A DNA stretch of 64,000 nucleotides from Candidatus Parcubacteria bacterium (GCA_028286835.1 JAQBQT010000011.1:5246-69245); one strand, 5' to 3'. Positions 17,688 to 27,705 are shown, counted from the stretch's first letter. Notes: generated by a model from the letters alone, not told the origin. Numbers and translations: made by a program.

Positions 17688-18731
17688 TTACAGATTATAC
17701 AATTCTTTAGCTTTTGCAACCACAGCCTTCTTGGCTTCCTCGAGAGGCATGTTCAATGTCGTCCCTGCAGCGGCTTTGTGTCCCCCGCCTCCGAGCGCGA
17801 CGGCGAGTTTGGATACGTCGTAGGCGTTGCCGTCCTTGCTGCGGAAGCTGAATTTGATCACATTCGGCTCAGTCTCTATGCATGCGCCGACGATGTCGAA
17901 TGAGCCGATCCTTCTCAGGATAGACGAGATCATTCCAGCCGAGGCGTTTTCATCCTCGATATTTTTTTCCTGCATCTTGGCGAACGGAACGACCGATAAT
18001 GCGAACCTGCCTGCGAACAATGACTCGATCGAGCTCAGGGCCAGGCCTTGAAAGGCCAGATCCTGAAGCGTGATGCTGTTTTCCATCGCTGAAATAAGCT
18101 GTGGAAAATCCGGAGCCTTCGCAGCCAATGCAGAAGCGATCATGAATGTCCTGGAAGTCGTACCTGTGTATTTGAATCCACCCGTATCGGTATATATGCC
18201 CATGAATAGATTCGCAGCGATCTCAGGCGTGATCTTGATCTTCCATTCCCAGAAGAGATCGAACAGGACTTGAGCCGTGGCAGGATAGGAAGGCTCGACA
18301 AGATTGATCGCCCCGTATCCCGAATTGGAATTATGATGATCAATGACGATGATCTTGAGATGCTCAGGAAATTCGATAGGCTTCAGCTTGGAGACCATCT
18401 CGGCCTTCGAGCTGTCCTGCACGATGAAGAGGTCGAATCCGCTCAGGTCGAGCTCAAAGAAATTCTTGGCCACGATATCAGCCGCCCCGGGGAAATGCAT
18501 AAATGCCTGCGGGATCGCTGAATCGCCCGCGATGATTGTCACCTTCCCGCTCCCGCGCTCGCCCAATTGTTCGATGGCGAACCTCATAGCCAAAGCCGAA
18601 CCCACAGAATCTGGGTCCGGCGATGGATGGCAGTGAAGAAGGATGGATTTCGCCTTCTGTATTTCGCTCAGGATGAGCGGGGCTTTTTCGCGTATGATCG
18701 GGGAGATGTCGGAGGCTGTATCTGAAGTCAT
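17688..18731 (-). CDS. DHH/DHHA1 phosphoesterase (NrnA-like oligoribonuclease/pAp phosphatase)
   Basis: H.SPDPDSVGS, VIDHH, TDTGGF, SFRS, GGGGHKAAAG. Confidence 0.93.
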   Translation of the reverse strand: MTSDTASDISPIIREKAPLILSEIQKAKSILLHCHPSPDPDSVGSALAMRFAIEQLGERGSGKVTIIAGDSAIPQAFMHFPGAADIVAKNFFELDLSGFDLFIVQDSSKAEMVSKLKPIEFPEHLKIIVIDHHNSNSGYGAINLVEPSYPATAQVLFDLFWEWKIKITPEIAANLFMGIYTDTGGFKYTGTTSRTFMIASALAAKAPDFPQLISAMENSITLQDLAFQGLALSSIESLFAGRFALSVVPFAKMQEKNIEDENASAGMISSILRRIGSFDIVGACIETEPNVIKFSFRSKDGNAYDVSKLAVALGGGGHKAAAGTTLNMPLEEAKKAVVAKAKELYNL

Positions 18732-18775
18732 GGCATCATCCTAGCACAGCACCGCGAAGAGCCGCTACGAACGGG

Positions 18776-19354
18776 CTATTTGAACGTGACCTGGATCTCG
18801 ATCGAGGCATCGTTTGCAGCGAGGCCGGACGGATTGTCCTTCTTCAGGATAAGCACGCCCTTGGAGCCTGTCGCCTGGCGGGCGAATGAAAGCTTGCCTG
18901 CGAACGATACGAAATCGGTGGTCATCCAGTCCGTAAGAGCGCCTGCGTTCGTCTTCGCAAGGATCTTGCCATTCACGTCAGTCAGAATGATCGGAAATGA
19001 AGCTTCGAAATACCACGGGCCTTTTGCCTTTCCAGTAACGGAGAGAGGCGAGATGATGGACGTGTTCGCAGGAGGATTATTGACCTGAATGGACATTCCA
19101 GTCGTGCCCGTTGCTGAATTCACTGGAGTGTAATAAATGGACGGTCCGTTGCTCTTGATATGGATAGGATATGTGCCGAGAGGGGCGTTCGCGGTCGACG
19201 GCGTCTCGCCTACCGCCTGCTGGCTTGACTGGGTTCCTGTCTGCGCAGGCTGTTCAGAAGCCGGCACCGTGGATTTGCTTCCGCTCCAGATGACGCAGAT
19301 GATAATGACGATCACGATCACAACGCCTAGGATCCAGTAATTTTTGGCTTTCAT
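18776..19354 (-). CDS. Membrane-anchored Gmad2-type Ig-like domain protein
   Basis: SPLSVTGKAKGPWYFEASFPI..WMTTDFVSF..LILKKDNPSGL. Confidence 0.82.
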   Translation of the reverse strand: MKAKNYWILGVVIVIVIIICVIWSGSKSTVPASEQPAQTGTQSSQQAVGETPSTANAPLGTYPIHIKSNGPSIYYTPVNSATGTTGMSIQVNNPPANTSIISPLSVTGKAKGPWYFEASFPIILTDVNGKILAKTNAGALTDWMTTDFVSFAGKLSFARQATGSKGVLILKKDNPSGLAANDASIEIQVTFK

Positions 19355-19427
19355 GTAATGAATTATGAAATGGTTAAACGGTTAAATACCATATGCATTA
19401 TAGCAGTTGTGTGGTATATTTTCCCGC

Positions 19428-20756
19428 ATGAATCGAACAACTATCAAGGATCTGAAGGCTGCGGTGGGTCAGGAAGTCTCCATCGCAGGCTGGGTCGACG
19501 TGCGCCGCGACCACGGCAAGCTCATCTTTTTCGACATCCGCGATGCAACCGGAAAAGTCCAGGCAGTCGCCCTCCCCAATCATCCCGAAGCGAAGCAGAT
19601 AGCCGAAACCCTTCGCAGTGAATGGGTCGTGCGCATGACCGGCAATGTGAATGCCCGTCCCCCGAAGATGGTCAAGAATGAGGAAGCGAACGGAGGCATC
19701 GAATTCGAGATCCTCGGCATCGAGGTCCTCTCGGCCGCCAAGGAGCTTCCGTTCGAGCTCAATGCCGATATAAATATAGACACGTATCTCGACAATCTTC
19801 CCCTCACTTTGCGCGCGCCCAAGCACGCAGCCACTTTCAAGGTGCAAGCCGTCATCGCCCGTGAATTCCGCGCGTTCTTCAATTCCCAGGGTTTCACCGA
19901 ATTCCAGGCGCCTAAGCTCATCGGCGACGATGCCGAAGGCGGCGCCAACTCTTTCGACGTCGAATACTTCAAGCATACGGCCCATCTCGCCCAGAGCCCT
20001 CAGCTCTATAAGCAGATCATGGTCGGCGTCCTCGAGCGAGTATTCGCCCTCGGCAACGTCTATCGCGCCGAAAAGCACTCCACCACCCGCCACCTCAACG
20101 AATACACTTCCATGGATATCGAAATGGGCTTCATCAAAGACCACCATGACGTCATGAATATAGAAGGCGCATTCATGTCGCACCTCATGAAAGTCCTTGC
20201 CCAGGAATGCGCGGCTGAGTTCAAGCTCCTTGGAGCGACCATTCCGACCGTGCCAGAACAGATCCCCTTCATGACATTGCGCGAGGCTCAGCAGCTCATC
20301 ACGAAAGAGACCGGCAAGGACTGTACGAACGAGCCTGACCTCGAACCCGAGCACGAACGCTGGCTTTGCACATATGCGTCCGAGAAGCTCGGCTCCGACT
20401 TTATTTTTATCACGCATTTTCCGACAGCAAAGCGCCCATTCTATACGTATCGCGACGAGAAGGATCCGGCATACACGAAGGGCTTCGACCTTCTCTTCCG
20501 TGGCGTGGAGATCACTACCGGCGCACAGCGCATCCATAACTACGACGACCTCGTCCAGTCCATGAAGGACAAGAAGCTCGATCCGGAGAAATTCAGCTAC
20601 TACCTTCAAGCCTTCAAATACGGACTGCCTCCGCATGGCGGCTTCGGCATGGGCCTCGAGCGCCTCACCGCGAAACTCCTCGGCATCGATAATGTCAAAG
20701 AAGCCGCACTCTTCCCGCGAGATATCAATCGCATCGACAATTTGCTATCGAAGTAG
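19428..20756 (+). CDS. aspS: Aspartyl-tRNA synthetase, short archaeal/eukaryal-like (non-discriminating-type) form
   Basis: OB fold GWV..RRDHGKLIFFDIRD, EGGANSF, LAQSPQLYKQ, RAEKHSTTRHLNEY, PPHGGFGMGLER; about 442 aa with no bacterial GAD insertion. Confidence 0.92.
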   Translation: MNRTTIKDLKAAVGQEVSIAGWVDVRRDHGKLIFFDIRDATGKVQAVALPNHPEAKQIAETLRSEWVVRMTGNVNARPPKMVKNEEANGGIEFEILGIEVLSAAKELPFELNADINIDTYLDNLPLTLRAPKHAATFKVQAVIAREFRAFFNSQGFTEFQAPKLIGDDAEGGANSFDVEYFKHTAHLAQSPQLYKQIMVGVLERVFALGNVYRAEKHSTTRHLNEYTSMDIEMGFIKDHHDVMNIEGAFMSHLMKVLAQECAAEFKLLGATIPTVPEQIPFMTLREAQQLITKETGKDCTNEPDLEPEHERWLCTYASEKLGSDFIFITHFPTAKRPFYTYRDEKDPAYTKGFDLLFRGVEITTGAQRIHNYDDLVQSMKDKKLDPEKFSYYLQAFKYGLPPHGGFGMGLERLTAKLLGIDNVKEAALFPRDINRIDNLLSK

Positions 20757-20779
20757 AGTTCTTTAGATCGAGTATTAAG

Positions 20780-21031
20780 CTACCGATGAGGACACCCGGC
20801 CCAGCAGCACGGCCTCCGCATGCCGCCGGATAGTTTTGAGAGGGCCTTTTTGATTCGGATCGTTCTCGTCTCTACTTTCTTGCCTGATATGACCCAGCAG
20901 ATCCATTCGCTGCGCGCGAGCGGCGTTATGTCTTCCCATACTGCATGAGCCTTCGGAGAAGCAGCCAGAGCCGCCCGCAGATCCGCAGGTATCTGATGGA
21001 CAGAGCCTGTAGAGATTTTTTGTACGGCCAT
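20780..21031 (-). CDS. YdeI/OmpD-associated family small protein
   Basis: IPADLRAAL....WEDITPLARSEWICWV...KK.ETR..RI; C-terminal RPCCWAGC. Confidence 0.8.
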   Translation of the reverse strand: MAVQKISTGSVHQIPADLRAALAASPKAHAVWEDITPLARSEWICWVISGKKVETRTIRIKKALSKLSGGMRRPCCWAGCPHR

Positions 21032-21046
21032 GAGACTATTATTGTA

Positions 21047-21454
21047 TTACTTCTTACCCTCCTCCGCTCTCAATTCCAGGCACACTGAATTCATGCAGTA
21101 GCGCTCGCCAGTATCTGTAGGGCCATCATTGAATACGTGCCCGAGGTGCGAACCGCACTTGGAGCAGATGACTTCCATGCGTCTCATGCCATGCGCCATA
21201 TCCGTCTCGAGCTTCACAGCGCCTGGAAGTGCCTGATCGAATGAAGGCCACCCCGTACCGCTTTCGAACTTCGCCGTCGAAGGAAAGAGCGCCTGTCCGC
21301 AGACCTTGCACATATATGTACCCGCACGCTTCTCATGCAGGAGCGCGCCGCTTCCTGGCGCCTCAGTGCCCTTCTCGCGCAGCACGTGGTATTCCTCGGG
21401 AGTGAGTTTTGCCCGGAGCTCTTCTTCATTCATATCGCTGTTCTGTATGTTCAT
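21047..21454 (-). CDS. msrB: Peptide-methionine (R)-S-oxide reductase
   Basis: LTPEEYHVLREKGTE, KFESGTGWPSF, HLGHVFNDGP, RYCMNS. Confidence 0.97.
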   Translation of the reverse strand: MNIQNSDMNEEELRAKLTPEEYHVLREKGTEAPGSGALLHEKRAGTYMCKVCGQALFPSTAKFESGTGWPSFDQALPGAVKLETDMAHGMRRMEVICSKCGSHLGHVFNDGPTDTGERYCMNSVCLELRAEEGKK

Positions 21455-21488
21455 ATATTTTATTTTCGCGGAGTTGCCGCGTGATCGA

Positions 21489-22046
21489 TTATTTTACTAA
21501 CTGCGCGAACTTCCTTTGCAGCTTCTCAAGCTTCGGCTCGATGATTATCTGGCAGTATCGCTGATCCTTGTGAGTCTCGTAGTATTTTTGGTGATAGTCT
21601 TCAGCCTCATAGAAATCGCCCAGGGGCCTTTCAAGCGTGACGACGGGCTTGCCATATGCGTTCGTGTCGTTCAGTTCCTTGATGAGCGCATCGGCCTCGC
21701 GCTTCTGATCCTCGTCGGCATAGAAAATAGCAGACTGATATTGAGTGCCAACGTCGTTGCCCTGCCGGTTGGGCGTCGTCGGATCATGCGTATTGAAAAA
21801 AACGGCCAGCAAGTCTCCGTATGAGATCACTGCCGGGTCATAGTTTATCCTGATCGATTCGATATGGCCTGTAGCGCCATTCGAGACATCCTCATATGTC
21901 GGATCCTTGACGGTGCCGCCGGTATAGCCCGACATCACCCCGCTCACTCCCTTCAACGCAGAAAAAACTGCTTCTGTGCACCAGAAGCATCCCCCACCGA
22001 AGACAGCGGTCTTCGTGCTTATTTCTTTTTTGGAGCTGTTTTCCAT
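21489..22046 (-). CDS. msrA: Peptide-methionine (S)-S-oxide reductase
   Basis: GGGCFWCTE, GYTGG, HDPT..NRQGNDVGTQY, AEDYHQKYY. Confidence 0.97.
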   Translation of the reverse strand: MENSSKKEISTKTAVFGGGCFWCTEAVFSALKGVSGVMSGYTGGTVKDPTYEDVSNGATGHIESIRINYDPAVISYGDLLAVFFNTHDPTTPNRQGNDVGTQYQSAIFYADEDQKREADALIKELNDTNAYGKPVVTLERPLGDFYEAEDYHQKYYETHKDQRYCQIIIEPKLEKLQRKFAQLVK

Positions 22047-22148
22047 GCGTACTTTTTAGCCAAGCGCTTCTTGGTCTTTCGTGAACGCGATGATTTGCCC
22101 TGAACTGATGCTCGTTTTGCCATAAAACTAGTATATACTTATTGGGTA

Positions 22149-22319
22149 ATGAACGCAAAATCTTTTATCTGGATCGGCGTCTTCGTGGGCAGCTCCATCG
22201 GCGCATACATCCCCGCTCTCTGGGGCGCCGGAGTCTTTTCATTCTCATCCATACTCCTCTCCGCAGTCGGCGGCTTCGCAGGCATTTGGGCAGGGTTCAG
22301 ACTCGGACAGATGCTGTAA
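22149..22319 (+). CDS. Small Gly-rich two-TM membrane protein (56 aa)
   Basis: Manual translation MNAKSFIWIGVFVGSSIGAYIPALWGAGVFSFSSILLSAVGGFAGIWAGFRLGQML*; codon style matches neighbours; absent from the ORF track. Confidence 0.75.
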   Translation: MNAKSFIWIGVFVGSSIGAYIPALWGAGVFSFSSILLSAVGGFAGIWAGFRLGQML

Positions 22320-22334
22320 GTCCTCTCGAGGAAT

Positions 22335-24191
22335 CTAGCCGAATGTGAATGTATACGCTCTCACGCCGGGCTTGCTGAAGATGATATCGATGCGGTGCCG
22401 GCCCATGGCCGGATTCGCATACAGGCCATAGAGGCGCGAAGCATCGATCATGAGCAGGCCCTTCTTCACGTCAGCGCCTGACCAGGAATCGGGGATCTCC
22501 TTGCCGTCGATGAGGACGTGCGCCGTAGCCGCCGAGCCGTCGGCAGTCTGCGCCACGATATACATCTTGCTTGCCGTGAACGTATACGAGAGCGTGGCAT
22601 TGGCCGTCACGGTCTCCGCATATTCCTTCTGTATATCCCAGGTACCGCCAAGATAGAACTGATTCGGCGCGATATCGCCCGTTGGAGCGATAAAAGCCTT
22701 CTGGCCTATCGTGAATGGCGCGCCGTTGCCGAAACGCTCGTTCCTCTTGGCTCCGAAATACGTCTCGGGGCTGGCCGCCTGGATGGCTTCATCCGACACT
22801 GCCGAGCCCGACGCGGTCACGACGCCGCTCTCGCCGAGAGCCTGCTTCCTGATATTGAGCTGCTTCACGATCTCGGCTTCGGTCTCCGCATAATTACCCT
22901 CGCCAATATGGTCGTACACGACGTTGCCATGGATGTCGATGAGATATTTGTGCGGCCAGTACTGGTTGCCGTATGCATTCCATGTGCCGTAGTCGTTATC
23001 GAGCACGATCGGGAAGCGCAGGTCGAAGCGCTTTGCTGCGTCCTTCACGTTGTTGATATCCTTCTCGAATGAGAACTCAGGCGTCTGGAAGGCGACGATC
23101 TCGAGCCCCTGGTCCTTGTACTTCGCCCACCAGTCCTTCATGTACGGGAATGTGCGCTGGCAGTTGATGCAGGTGTAGTCGATGAAGTCGATCAGTATGA
23201 CTTTCTTGCCCACATAGTCCGCAAGCTTGAACGGCTCGCTGTTCACGTAGCCGGAAGGCTTAACCATCTCGACATATTTGCCCTGATTGCGTTCGCCTGG
23301 GATGACCGCGCTTATCAGTTTCTGTATGAGAGACTTGGTATCAGCCGACTGTACCGGCTTTGTTCCGGGAGTTGTCGATGCAGGTGTCACGCCGGAAGTC
23401 GAAGTGGCTGCGTTGCTGCCTAGCCCATTCCCTGCCGGATCTTGCGGGATATTTTTCTGCCCTTCGAGCGATATATGGAGCGACTGCTCGAGCGCGGTCA
23501 CATCGAAGAATCCGCTGGCGAGGATATCTGCTTCTACCTTCTTGTCATAGCCGGTCGCGATCGCGAGCGCTACAAGGACGAACAGGATGCCGAGGACCTT
23601 CCTGAACCAGCCGTTCGGATTGATGGCCCACTCGAGCTTGCCCACGAGCTTCTGCCCGATCCATGAGATGAGAAGGAGCGACAGGGCGAGGCCGACGACA
23701 TACGCAGCGAGATCGATGAGGCCCTTAGCCAGAGACTGCGGCAATACCGTGGCCAGAATGACGAAGAACGTCGGAGAGCATGTCGTGAAGACCGGGCCGA
23801 GCGCAGCACCGACCAAAACGTCGCCCCACCAATGCGAGCGCGACTGGTACCCTTTCGCCATCCATGAGTCGGGCTTGCGGTGGCCCGGAACCTTCAGCAT
23901 GAGCTTCGCCCACGTTATCGGAAACAGAAGCGAGAAGCCGAACACGGCAAGTATTGCTGCAGAAATATAGGCCCAGAACGAAGGCGACGCTCCGATAAGG
24001 GCCGTCGAACCCTTGAGAAGAAGCGTGAATATGAAAACGGACACCGACAGCGAGCCGATGATGATGAGAGGTCGGCGTTTGTTCCCTGCTTCGCCGAGCG
24101 CCGAGCCGAGCGTGACTGGTAAAAGCGGCAATACGCACGGCGCGAGCACCGTGAGCACTCCGGCGACAAAGGATACGATAAATAGGATCAT
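22335..24191 (-). CDS. DipZ-like protein (CcdA/DsbD TM domain, thioredoxin domain, C-terminal beta domain)
   Basis: LAPCVLPLLP, GPVFTTCSP, DYTCINCQRT (CxxC), TPEFSFEK, YWPHKYLID, SPETYFG, C-terminal YTFTFG. Confidence 0.9.
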   Translation of the reverse strand: MILFIVSFVAGVLTVLAPCVLPLLPVTLGSALGEAGNKRRPLIIIGSLSVSVFIFTLLLKGSTALIGASPSFWAYISAAILAVFGFSLLFPITWAKLMLKVPGHRKPDSWMAKGYQSRSHWWGDVLVGAALGPVFTTCSPTFFVILATVLPQSLAKGLIDLAAYVVGLALSLLLISWIGQKLVGKLEWAINPNGWFRKVLGILFVLVALAIATGYDKKVEADILASGFFDVTALEQSLHISLEGQKNIPQDPAGNGLGSNAATSTSGVTPASTTPGTKPVQSADTKSLIQKLISAVIPGERNQGKYVEMVKPSGYVNSEPFKLADYVGKKVILIDFIDYTCINCQRTFPYMKDWWAKYKDQGLEIVAFQTPEFSFEKDINNVKDAAKRFDLRFPIVLDNDYGTWNAYGNQYWPHKYLIDIHGNVVYDHIGEGNYAETEAEIVKQLNIRKQALGESGVVTASGSAVSDEAIQAASPETYFGAKRNERFGNGAPFTIGQKAFIAPTGDIAPNQFYLGGTWDIQKEYAETVTANATLSYTFTASKMYIVAQTADGSAATAHVLIDGKEIPDSWSGADVKKGLLMIDASRLYGLYANPAMGRHRIDIIFSKPGVRAYTFTFG

Positions 24192-24260
24192 AGGAATAGT
24201 ATACTCCTTCTTTTAAAACGCTGACTACCCCAATCAGGCATCATATGCCATTATGGACAT

Positions 24261-24839
24261 ATGGATTACTCTGCCATTCCTGATACAGAGCTGGCAGTAA
24301 CGGCCCAAGGCGGGGACGACGCGGCTTTCCAGGAATTGATGCGCCGCAACATCCGACCCATCTGGGCCTTCTCGAGACAATATGCCAAGTCCGATGAAGA
24401 CGCCGAGGACATCGTCCAGGACACTTTCTTCAAGGCCTGGAAATATCTCAAGCGCTTCACAGCCGGAAAAGCATTCAGGCCCTGGCTCTATGCCATCGCG
24501 CGGAACACCGCGCTCGACTACCTGAAGAAGCGGCGCTCGTCGAGCTTCTCGGAACTGCACAACGACGACACCGACTCGGATTTTGCGGACTCGCTCGAAG
24601 ATGCTGAGCCGCTCGCACCCGAGATGTTCGAGAAAGCCGAGCTCGTCGCTGAACTCGACAAGTCCATGGAAGGCCTCCCGCCGGATTACAAGGCCGTCCT
24701 GCGGATGCACTACCATGACGGCATGACATTCAATGAGATCTCAGAGATTCTGGGCAAGCCCATGAATACCGTGAAAAGCTGGCACCGCCGCGCGCTCCAG
24801 AAAGTCCGCAAGAATTTGCCGCACCGAAAGCCGGACTAG
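24261..24839 (+). CDS. ECF sigma factor
   Basis: GDDAAFQELM, DAEDIVQDTFFKAW, FRPWLYAIARNTALDYLKK, region 4 NTVKSWHRRA. Confidence 0.94.
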   Translation: MDYSAIPDTELAVTAQGGDDAAFQELMRRNIRPIWAFSRQYAKSDEDAEDIVQDTFFKAWKYLKRFTAGKAFRPWLYAIARNTALDYLKKRRSSSFSELHNDDTDSDFADSLEDAEPLAPEMFEKAELVAELDKSMEGLPPDYKAVLRMHYHDGMTFNEISEILGKPMNTVKSWHRRALQKVRKNLPHRKPD

Positions 24840-24875
24840 GCTCGTATACTCTCCAACGCCTAAAGCGCAGAAATC

Positions 24876-25283
24876 ATGAACAAACTTACTTTGCAGGAGG
24901 AGCGTGTGTGCCAAAGCGTCATGGGACATATAGCCCAAAAGCGCATTCAGACTGCCAGGGCCCGGGCCGGTCTGTATGGCTTTTTTTTGATAGCGGCCGT
25001 AGTCGCCTTGATCCCATCGATCCAGTACATCGCGGCGCAGGCGGCGGCATCGGGCTTCAACGAATACGTATCTCTCATCATGTCCGACGGCAGCAGCCTC
25101 TCCGGATCGTGGGGCCCGCTCGCGCTTTCGATCGTCGATTCCATCCCGCTTCTGGGAGTCATCGCCATGCTCTTCGCCCTCACTGCTTCGGCATTCTGCG
25201 CGAAGAAATTCATGGGCAATTTTGGAAACAACTTCGGCAATGGAACATCAGCAGGCCGCTTAGCGCATTCCCCTTTATACTAA
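24876..25283 (+). CDS. Putative membrane anti-sigma factor
   Basis: Short N-terminal ..SVMGHI.. segment and two TM helices, directly after the ECF sigma. Confidence 0.55.
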   Translation: MNKLTLQEERVCQSVMGHIAQKRIQTARARAGLYGFFLIAAVVALIPSIQYIAAQAAASGFNEYVSLIMSDGSSLSGSWGPLALSIVDSIPLLGVIAMLFALTASAFCAKKFMGNFGNNFGNGTSAGRLAHSPLY

Positions 25284-25309
25284 ATACAGAGTAACTCTCA
25301 ATCATCGTT

Positions 25310-25807
25310 ATGAAAACATTCATGGAGTCTTCCTGGTTCAACAAGCTCATCGCCGTGTTCGGCATCCTTGTGGTCGCACTTGCCATATTCTGGCTCGGGA
25401 CCGTCGTCGGATCCCGTCACGCGGAATTCTCTTCGCGCTGGTCCAACCACTACGCTGAGAACTTCGGCGGAATGAGGTCGCCGTTCGCGATGCCGTCAGG
25501 ATCCGGATCGCCAGGCGACGACAGGCTCGACGCCTCGAACGGAGCTGTCGGCACGGTTATGTCTGTGAATCTCCCGAACATCGCGGTCAAGAATCAGAGC
25601 GAGGCCGAAAAGGTCATCGTCGTCGGATCCACGACCATCATCAGGAAAATGCGCTCGCCTGCTACGGTAACTGACATCCGGGTCGGCGATTTCCTCGTAA
25701 CTGTGGGAACCCCGGATGATCAGGGACGCATCGTCGCGACCTTCGTGCGCATCATGCCTACCCCGCTACGGACCGCAGCTGTTTCGACTTCTTCACAAAA
25801 TAAATAA
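25310..25807 (+). CDS. Single-TM exported protein (possible DUF5666/OB-like domain)
   Basis: N-terminal TM helix, G.VMSV...T.IR...DIRVGD.LV.VG...G.IVA..VRI pattern. Confidence 0.65.
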   Translation: MKTFMESSWFNKLIAVFGILVVALAIFWLGTVVGSRHAEFSSRWSNHYAENFGGMRSPFAMPSGSGSPGDDRLDASNGAVGTVMSVNLPNIAVKNQSEAEKVIVVGSTTIIRKMRSPATVTDIRVGDFLVTVGTPDDQGRIVATFVRIMPTPLRTAAVSTSSQNK

Positions 25808-25812
25808 AACAT

Positions 25813-27681
25813 ATGAACACAACCCCCGTTTCGACGACGCGCCCCGCCGCCCCCAAAAATTGGTTCGGCCGCATGAAGGCACGCATCCGCGCGCATAAGA
25901 TCATCACATCGGTCATTGTGATCGTGCTCGTTATCGCAGGATACGAGATATACAAGGCTCATGCCGCAGCGAACGTCACGCCGCAGTATTCCGTTTCCGT
26001 GGCGCGCCTGGGCACCATCCGGCAGACCGTGACAGGATCAGGACAGGTCTCAGCGGAGAACCAGCTTGATGTGACCAGCCAAGTCTCCGGTACCGTAAAG
26101 GCCGTGAATGTTTCCGTGGGCCAGCATGTCAAAACCGGAGACCTCCTCGCCACCATCGATCCGAAGGATGCACTCGTCTCTTTGCAAAACGCTCAGATCG
26201 CCTATGCGAAGCTCGTGGCCCCGGCCAAAAATGGAGATCTCGCCAACGCCGAGAACAGCGTGGTCAAATCATACAGCGACGCTTTCAATACAGTCGCAAG
26301 CACATTCGTCGATCTCCCGACTGTCATGACGGGCCTTAAGAGCATGCTCTATGGCGCCAATGGATACCTGAGCGACGCATACGCCGTGCACCTCAACAGC
26401 ACCGCGCGCCCGATGCGCGATGCCGCCGGCCTGCGCTTCGATGCGGCCGCCAAGCAGTATGCGGTGGTCATTCAGGAATACCAGGGCCTCACCCGCGCGA
26501 GCGCAACGTCGAGCATAGATGCGCTTCTCTCCGATACATATTCATTGCTCAAGACCGTCTCCACGGCCGTCCAGGAGACGCAGAACACCGTCAACTACGC
26601 GAGCGTCAATCAGCCAGACTATTATCCGCGCGATGCGACGACAGCCGTGACAAATCTCAATTCATGGTCGGGCACGGTCAATTCCGATCTGGCATCAATC
26701 CTTTCCGCCCAGAGCACCATCACGAGCAACGCCAATTCCCTTGCGACGCTTCAGACCGGCGCAGACACCCTGGACGTCCAGAGCCAGCAGCTCTCGCTCC
26801 AGCAGGCCCAGGAAAATTATGCCAAATATTTCATCCGCGCCCCATTCGACGGCATCGTCGGCCGCATCCCTGTCTCAGTATATGGCCAGGCCAGCGCCAG
26901 CACCGTCGTCGCGACGATCGTAGGCGATCAGAAGATCGCGACCATTTCCCTGAATGAAGTCGACGCCGCAAAAGTAGCGGTCGGCCAGCCGGTCGCCATC
27001 ACTTTCGATGCCATCGACGGCCTCACAGCCACAGGCACCGTGAGCCAAGTCGACCTCGTGGGAACAGTCACGCAGGGCGTCGTCTCATACGGCGTGAAGA
27101 TAACCATCAACACAAGCGATACGCGCATCAAGCCGGGAATGAGCCTCAATACGACGATAACGACCAAGGAAAAGGCGAATGTCCTCATAGTCCCTTCCGT
27201 TGCAGTGAAATCCTCCGGCACCACGCGCTACTTAGACACGCTCGATGCCGCCACAGTCCGTACTGCGATGGCTGCGAACATTCCTGCCGGAACAGCTGCG
27301 AGCCGCTTTAGCTCGACAACGAGGCAGTTCAGGAATCAGGGGCAGAGCGCTTCGACAACTGCTAGCACCACTGCGGGCACTGCAACCACTACCGCAGGCG
27401 CCCCTCGCCAATTCACCGGCGCAGGCACAGGAGGCGCGAGCGTACAGCTCGCAGTCACGACATCCGTGGCTCCTCAGCGCGTGAACGTGACAGTCGGCGA
27501 TTCAGATGACACGAATACGGAGATAACGAGCGGCCTTTCGGAAGGACAGTTCATCATAACGAGGACCCTCGCCTCCGGTTCGACAGCATCAGCTGCCGCT
27601 CCGAGCATCCTCTCAGGCATCGGCGGAAATCGCCCAGGCGGAGCAGCACGGACAACAGGAGGGGCCGCGGCAGGAAGATAG
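25813..27681 (+). CDS. MacA/HlyD-family efflux adaptor (membrane fusion protein)
   Basis: TM helix, GSGQV, lipoyl halves (VSGTVKAVNVSVGQHVKTGDLLATID; IRAPFDGIV), long coiled coil, IKPGMS, VTVG.SDD.NTEITSGL.EG. Confidence 0.9.
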   Translation: MNTTPVSTTRPAAPKNWFGRMKARIRAHKIITSVIVIVLVIAGYEIYKAHAAANVTPQYSVSVARLGTIRQTVTGSGQVSAENQLDVTSQVSGTVKAVNVSVGQHVKTGDLLATIDPKDALVSLQNAQIAYAKLVAPAKNGDLANAENSVVKSYSDAFNTVASTFVDLPTVMTGLKSMLYGANGYLSDAYAVHLNSTARPMRDAAGLRFDAAAKQYAVVIQEYQGLTRASATSSIDALLSDTYSLLKTVSTAVQETQNTVNYASVNQPDYYPRDATTAVTNLNSWSGTVNSDLASILSAQSTITSNANSLATLQTGADTLDVQSQQLSLQQAQENYAKYFIRAPFDGIVGRIPVSVYGQASASTVVATIVGDQKIATISLNEVDAAKVAVGQPVAITFDAIDGLTATGTVSQVDLVGTVTQGVVSYGVKITINTSDTRIKPGMSLNTTITTKEKANVLIVPSVAVKSSGTTRYLDTLDAATVRTAMAANIPAGTAASRFSSTTRQFRNQGQSASTTASTTAGTATTTAGAPRQFTGAGTGGASVQLAVTTSVAPQRVNVTVGDSDDTNTEITSGLSEGQFIITRTLASGSTASAAAPSILSGIGGNRPGGAARTTGGAAAGR

Positions 27682-27705
27682 GCGCGCATAAACCCACAGC
27701 ACTCT

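Noticed and set aside
27250-27681. Thr/Ala/Gly-rich repeats in the adaptor and other exported proteins
   Set aside because: Protein-level low-complexity linkers, not DNA tandem repeats or mobile elements
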